64,000 nt of DNA from Macrostomum hystrix. Taxonomy: Eukaryota; Animalia; Platyhelminthes. A model generated the notes under the pieces. The model did no database searches, was not told the DNA's origin, and saw only the letters and a list, made by a program, of their open reading frames with translations. The position numbers and the translations under genes were made by a program. The stretch is taken from the NCBI GenBank assembly GCA_950097015.1, contig CATNEN010000025.1, positions 5,704,001-5,768,000 on the forward strand, in the 5' to 3' direction. The stretch's first letter is position 1; each line of letters begins with the position of its first letter. Shown in pieces: positions 59,030 to 64,000 of this stretch.

Positions 59030-59910
59030 ACAGGTAGATGGCGGAAGGTGACAGGTAGATGGAGGAAGGTGACAGGTAGATGGAGGAAGGAGACAGGTAG
59101 ATGGAGGAAGGTGACAGGTAGATGGAGGAAGGAGACAGGTAGATGGAGGCAGGAGACAGGTAGATGGAGGAAGGAGACAGGTAGATGGAGGAAGGAGACA
59201 GGTAGATGGAGGCAGGAGACAGGTAGATGGAGGAAGGAGAAAGGTAGATGGAGGAAGGAGACAGGTAGATGGAGGAAGGAGACAGGTAGATGGAGGAAGG
59301 AGACAGGTAGATAGAGGAAGGAGACAGGTGGATGGAGGAAGGAGACAGGTAGATGGAGGAAGGTGACAGGTAGATGGAGGCAGGAGACAGGTAGATGGAG
59401 GAAGGAGAAAGGTAGATGGAGGAAGGAGACAGGTAGATGGAGGAAGGAGACAGGTAGATGGAGGAAGGAGACAGGTGGATGGAGGAAGGAGACAGGTAGA
59501 TAGAGGAAGGAGACAGGTGGATGGAGGAAGGAGACAGGTAGATGGAGGAAGGTGACAGGTAGATGGAGGAAGGTGACAGGTAGATGGAGGAAGGAGACAG
59601 GTAGATGGAGGAAGGTGACAGGTAGATGGAGGAAGGTGACAGGTAGATGGAGGAAGGTGACAGGTAGATGGAGGAAGGTGACAGGTAGATGGAGGAAGGT
59701 GACAGGTAGATGGAGGAAGGAGAAAGGTAGATGGAGGAAGGAGACAGGTAGATAGAGGAAGGAGACAGGTGGATGGAGGAAGGAGACAGGTAGATGGAGG
59801 AAGGTGACAGGTAGATGGAGGAAGGAGACAGGTAGATGGAGGAAGGTGACAGGTAGATGGAGGAAGGTGACAGGTAGATGGAGGAAGGTGACAGGTAGAT
59901 GGAGGAAGGT
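59030..59910. repeat. 21-bp purine-rich satellite (GGAGACAGGTAGATGGAGGAA)
   Basis: Direct reading of the monomers. Confidence 0.96.
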
Positions 59911-60169
59911 GAACATGACAATTAATATTTGCGCTCACAAGGATGTAAAACAAGCAGAAACTGGATTTTGACATGGGAAGGCTCTCGAAGAAAAGAAAAC
60001 GTCATTGTTGATGGCATTGGCTGGCATATACGAGCGTATAAAGTTTATCCTATTCTGTGCTCAATCTGTAACAGCGGCAAAGTAAGGATTAGTATTGAAG
60101 AACTACTAGGCTGTTGTTTTAGACATAGGCTAAACATTTGGCATATATGAACTAATCATTTTTTTTTAT

Positions 60170-60455
60170 TTTTTACGCCTGCCTGAATTGGGCCAGAGTT
60201 GCAGCCGACAGCACAGCCGCAGCTATTGCGCGGCGCATCTGAAGGCTGCGTACGGCTGTCCAGTCCATGGACTGGGGGGACGCCACACCCACCCTAAATT
60301 AGCCCAGCTAATGCTGGTACCTATTTAGCAGCTGGGTGAACTGAAGCAATGCATAGTTAAGCGTCTTGCTAAGAGACACAAATTGTTCCAGTGGAGTCGG
60401 GAATCGAACCCTCGACCTTGTGAGTCCGACGCTCTAACCACAAGGCTACAACCTC
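60170..60455 (-). mobile_element. SINE family A, near full length with an A-rich tail
   Basis: tRNA-like head GTTAGAGCGTCGGACTC...GGGTTCGATTCCCGAC, central GTGTCTCTTAGCAAGACGCTT, and a tail AAAAAATAAAAAAAAA on the - strand. Confidence 0.8.
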
Positions 60456-60489
60456 CTTGTGAGGCATATGTAGGACAGAGCAAACAGCA

Positions 60490-62735
60490 GGTTAAACATT
60501 GGGGATTAAGCAAACCAGACAGAATCGAAGGAGGTTAAACATTGGGGATTTAGCAAAGCAAACAGAATCGAAGGAGGTTAAACATTGGGGATTAAGCAAG
60601 CCAGACAGAATCGAAGGAGGTTAAACATTGGGGATTAAGCAAAGCAAACAGAATCGAAGGAGGTTAAACATTGGGGATTTAGCAAAGCAAACAGAATCGA
60701 AGGAGGTTAAACATTGGGGATTAAGCAAACCAGACAGAATCGAAGGAGGTTAAACATTGGGGATTAAGCAAACCAGACAGAATCGAAGGAGGTTAAACAT
60801 TGGGGATTAAGCAAAGCAAACAGAATCGAAGGAGGTTAAACATTGGGGATTAAGCAAAGCAAACAGAATCGAAGGAGGTTAAACATTGGGGATTTAGCAA
60901 ACCAGACAGAATCGAAGGAGGTTAAACATTGGGGATTAAGCAAAGCAAACAGAATCGAAGGAGGTTAAACATTGGGGATTAAGCAAACCAGACAGAATCG
61001 AAGGAGGTTAAACATTGGGGATTAAGCAAAGCAAACAGAATCGAAGGAGGTTAAACATTGGGGATTAAGCAAACCAGACAGAATCGAAGGAGGTTAAACA
61101 TTGGGGATTAAGCAAAGCAAACAGAATCGAAGGAGGTTAAACATTGGGGATTAAGCAAAGCAAACAGAATCGAAGGAGGTTAAACATTGGGGATTAAGCA
61201 AAGCAAACAGAATCGAAGGAGGTTAAACATTGGGGATTTAGCAAACCAGACAGAATCGAAGGAGGTTAAACATTGGGGATTAAGCAAAGCAAACAGAATC
61301 GAAGGAGGTTAAACATTGGGGATTAAGCAAAGCAAACAGAATCGAAGGAGGTTAAACATTGGGGATTTAGCAAAGCAAACAGAATCGAAGGAGGTTAAAC
61401 ATTGGGGATTAAGCAAAGCAAACAGAATCGAAGGAGGTTAAACATTGGGGATTAAGCAAACCAGACAGAATCGAAGGAGGTTAAACATTGGGGATTAAGC
61501 AAAGCAAACAGAATCGAAGGAGGTTAAACATTGGGGATTAAGCAAAGCCAACAGAATCGAAGGAGGTTAAACATTGGGGATTTAGCAAAGCAAACAGAAT
61601 CGAAGGAAGGTTAAACATTGGGGATTAAGCAAAGCCAACAGAATCGAAGGAGGTTAAACATTGGGGATTAAGCAAGCCAGACAGAATCGAAGGAGGTTAA
61701 ACATTGGGGATTAAGCAAAGCAAACAGAATCGAAGGAGGTTAAACATTGGGGATTAAGCAAAGCAAACAGAATCGAAGGAGGTTAAACATTGGGGATTTA
61801 GCAAAGCAAACAGAATCGAAGGAGGTTAAACATTGGGGATTAAGCAAACCAGACAGAATCGAAGGAGGTTAAACATTGGGGATTAAGCAAAGCAAACAGA
61901 ATCGAAGGAGGTTAAACATTGGGGATTAAGCAAAGCAAACAGAATCGAAGGAGGTTAAACATTGGGGATTTAGCAAAGCAAACAGAATCGAAGGAGGTTA
62001 AACATTGGGGATTAAGCAAAGCAAACAGAATCGAAGGAGGTTAAACATTGGGGATTAAGCAAAGCAAACAGAATCGAAGGAGGTTAAACATTGGGGATTA
62101 AGCAAAGCAAACAGAATCGAAGGAGGTTAAACATTGGGGATTTAGCAAAGCAAACAGAATCGAAGGAGGTTAAACATTGGGGATTAAGCAAAGCAAACAG
62201 AATCGAAGGAGGTTAAACATTGGGGATTAAGCAAAGCAAACAGAATCGAAGGAGGTTAAACATTGGGGATTAAGCAAAGCAAACAGAATCGAAGGAGGTT
62301 AAACATTGGGGATTTAGCAAAGCAAACAGAATCGAAGGAGGTTAAACATTGGGGATTAAGCAAAGCAAACAGAATCGAAGGAGGTTAAACATTGGGGATT
62401 TAGCAAAGCAAACAGAATCGAAGGAGGTTAAACATTGGGGATTTAGCAAAGCAAACAGAATCGAAGGAGGTTAAACATTGGGGATTAAGCAAAGCAAACA
62501 GAATCGAAGGAGGTTAAACATTGGGGATTTAGCAAAGCAAACAGAATCGAAGGAGGTTAAACATTGGGGATTAAGCAAACCAGACAGAATCGAAGGAGGT
62601 TAAACATTGGGGATTAAGCAAAGCAAACAGAATCGAAGGAGGTTAAACATTGGGGATTAAGCAAAGCAAACAGAATCGAAGGAGGTTAAACATTGGGGAT
62701 TTAGCAAAGCAAACAGAATCCAAGAGGTTAAACAT
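60490..62735. repeat. 43-bp satellite (GAATCGAAGGAGGTTAAACATTGGGGATTAAGCAAAGCAAACA), about 52 copies
   Basis: Period measured directly from 60522 to 60565. Confidence 0.97.
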
Positions 62736-63012
62736 GGCTAGAGTGCAGTTCGTCTCTCTAGTTTGTCTATAATATTAAATTTAGAGGATTCTTTATCGAC
62801 GAAAGCGGTTGGCACGATGCATTTTTCATTTGCGTATATGCATGCGCATTCGAACGTGGGAAGAATCTGCTAAATTGAGTCGCCTCAATCATCGGAGCCA
62901 GGGCATTCAGCGTTAGCGTTCAGAAGCAACCTAAAAAGCAACAAATGAAAAGAACTTTGGCAACTAGATCTCACAAGTAAGATCGAGTGTCGCGAATAGC
63001 AGCTTGCAATAC

Positions 63013-64000
63013 TCACCCAGTGAAGTAAAATCGCTTGACAGTTTGTACAGTCCATGAAGACACCTGCTGTGATTGTGCGTGTGATTCTGCTTGTGATTCT
63101 ATTTTTTTCCTTGCCTGCGTCATTATGTAATTCACCCAGTTAATCATGGACACTACATCCAGCTCATGAGCCCTCTTGTAGTAGACTCGGCACAGACTGT
63201 TGATAAAACGCGAACCAGTGAAGCTGTTTTTATAACAAAAGTCTCCATCAGCAGTTGAGTAAGCCACAATCAGTCCTGAACTGTTCGGTGACGCGTCGAT
63301 TAAATATACCGAGTTGGTGTCGGCATTCCATCTCGCATTCTGCAGCGCCAAATCATTATGTTGTCCAGCTTCACTGCCCGTATTCGTACGGGACGATTTT
63401 AGCAAACCGCTTTCACTTTTCGTGGAATTGCGACAAGCTCTTATTATAAAAAGTCTTGGCTTTCTAGCTAGCTTTTCCGATCTAGCCATGATGTCGGTTA
63501 GCTCTGCAACTTGGCAGGATTGATTTTTGTCATCGAGAAGGCAACCATTATTTCCGTGAGACAAAACTGCGAGAATGCAAGAATCCAGGTGATCATCTCT
63601 TTTAGAGAACTTTTCTATTGCTTTCTTTATGGATTTTTTGTCGGTGACTTCCTTTTCAGAGACCGTATAGCCAAGCCACTCAAAGAGATCCGTCAGATTT
63701 TGCTTGTCTATGCAAATAGCCTTCCAGTCATTGGCATCTGATTCGTTGTATTTGACGAATAGAATAAGTGCAAGTCCTTTTCTGTGGTTCTCATAGCATG
63801 GACCAACGGAACTTTCGTCGATGTTTACTTCTTTTATCGACGTCTGCTGGGCCTCTTTCAGCTCTGGATCCGCCTTCAAAAGACAGTCCTCGAATTTTCG
63901 AGCCTCTAGAGTGAGCCTTTCCACCGAAGATAAGTGCTCGCATTTCTTTTTGTATATTTCTTTAGCTTGTTGTAACGTTTTTACAGCTTCGCTGATAGTC
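63013..64000 (-). CDS. Caspase-like protein 3, partial; the frame stays open past the window end
   Basis: LAVLSHG, PRLFIIRACR and GSRFINSLC. LTLEARKFEDCLLK aligns to gene 1 LRVEARTFESSLLR. Confidence 0.85.
   Translation of the reverse strand, partial: TISEAVKTLQQAKEIYKKKCEHLSSVERLTLEARKFEDCLLKADPELKEAQQTSIKEVNIDESSVGPCYENHRKGLALILFVKYNESDANDWKAICIDKQNLTDLFEWLGYTVSEKEVTDKKSIKKAIEKFSKRDDHLDSCILAVLSHGNNGCLLDDKNQSCQVAELTDIMARSEKLARKPRLFIIRACRNSTKSESGLLKSSRTNTGSEAGQHNDLALQNARWNADTNSVYLIDASPNSSGLIVAYSTADGDFCYKNSFTGSRFINSLCRVYYKRAHELDVVSMINWVNYIMTQARKKIESQAESHAQSQQVSSWTVQTVKRFYFTG

Noticed and set aside
58931-59974. Three overlapping 310-350 aa ORFs
   Set aside because: They are 21-bp satellite translations with 7-residue periodicity.
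60490-62735. Regular 43-bp repeats as a possible CRISPR array
   Set aside because: Head-to-tail monomers with no unique spacers, no cas genes, and a eukaryotic context.

Overview
Eukaryotic (metazoan) genomic DNA, not prokaryotic. GC-rich, Ala/Gln-run exons sit in AT-rich introns full of private satellites; my inference is a flatworm such as Macrostomum. About a third of the window is tandem repeat (roughly 17 arrays), which produces most of the long ORFs in the track; I treat those ORFs as spurious. Reconstructed genes: a TIS11/ZFP36-like CCCH gene (-); an intronless SAM methyltransferase (-); a co-oriented + strand run NAA15 (intronic tRNA-Pro), RPL30, SPF45/RBM17, ZC3H13/Flacc and UNC-45; then a - strand array of caspase-like genes (intact-looking, pseudogene, partial). 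Features the ORF track misses: five box C/D snoRNA candidates in two families; a ZC3H13 ORF with no start codon behind a textbook splice acceptor, which fits a spliced-leader-donated AUG; a caspase whose prodomain looks like a second, degenerate caspase fold and whose S1 pocket is remodelled; a Penelope fragment with a twin-priming-type inversion and a hammerhead motif; an Ingi-like LINE 5' fragment with a 2A-like peptide; and a satellite apparently born from a SINE. All calls were made by eye, with no database searches.
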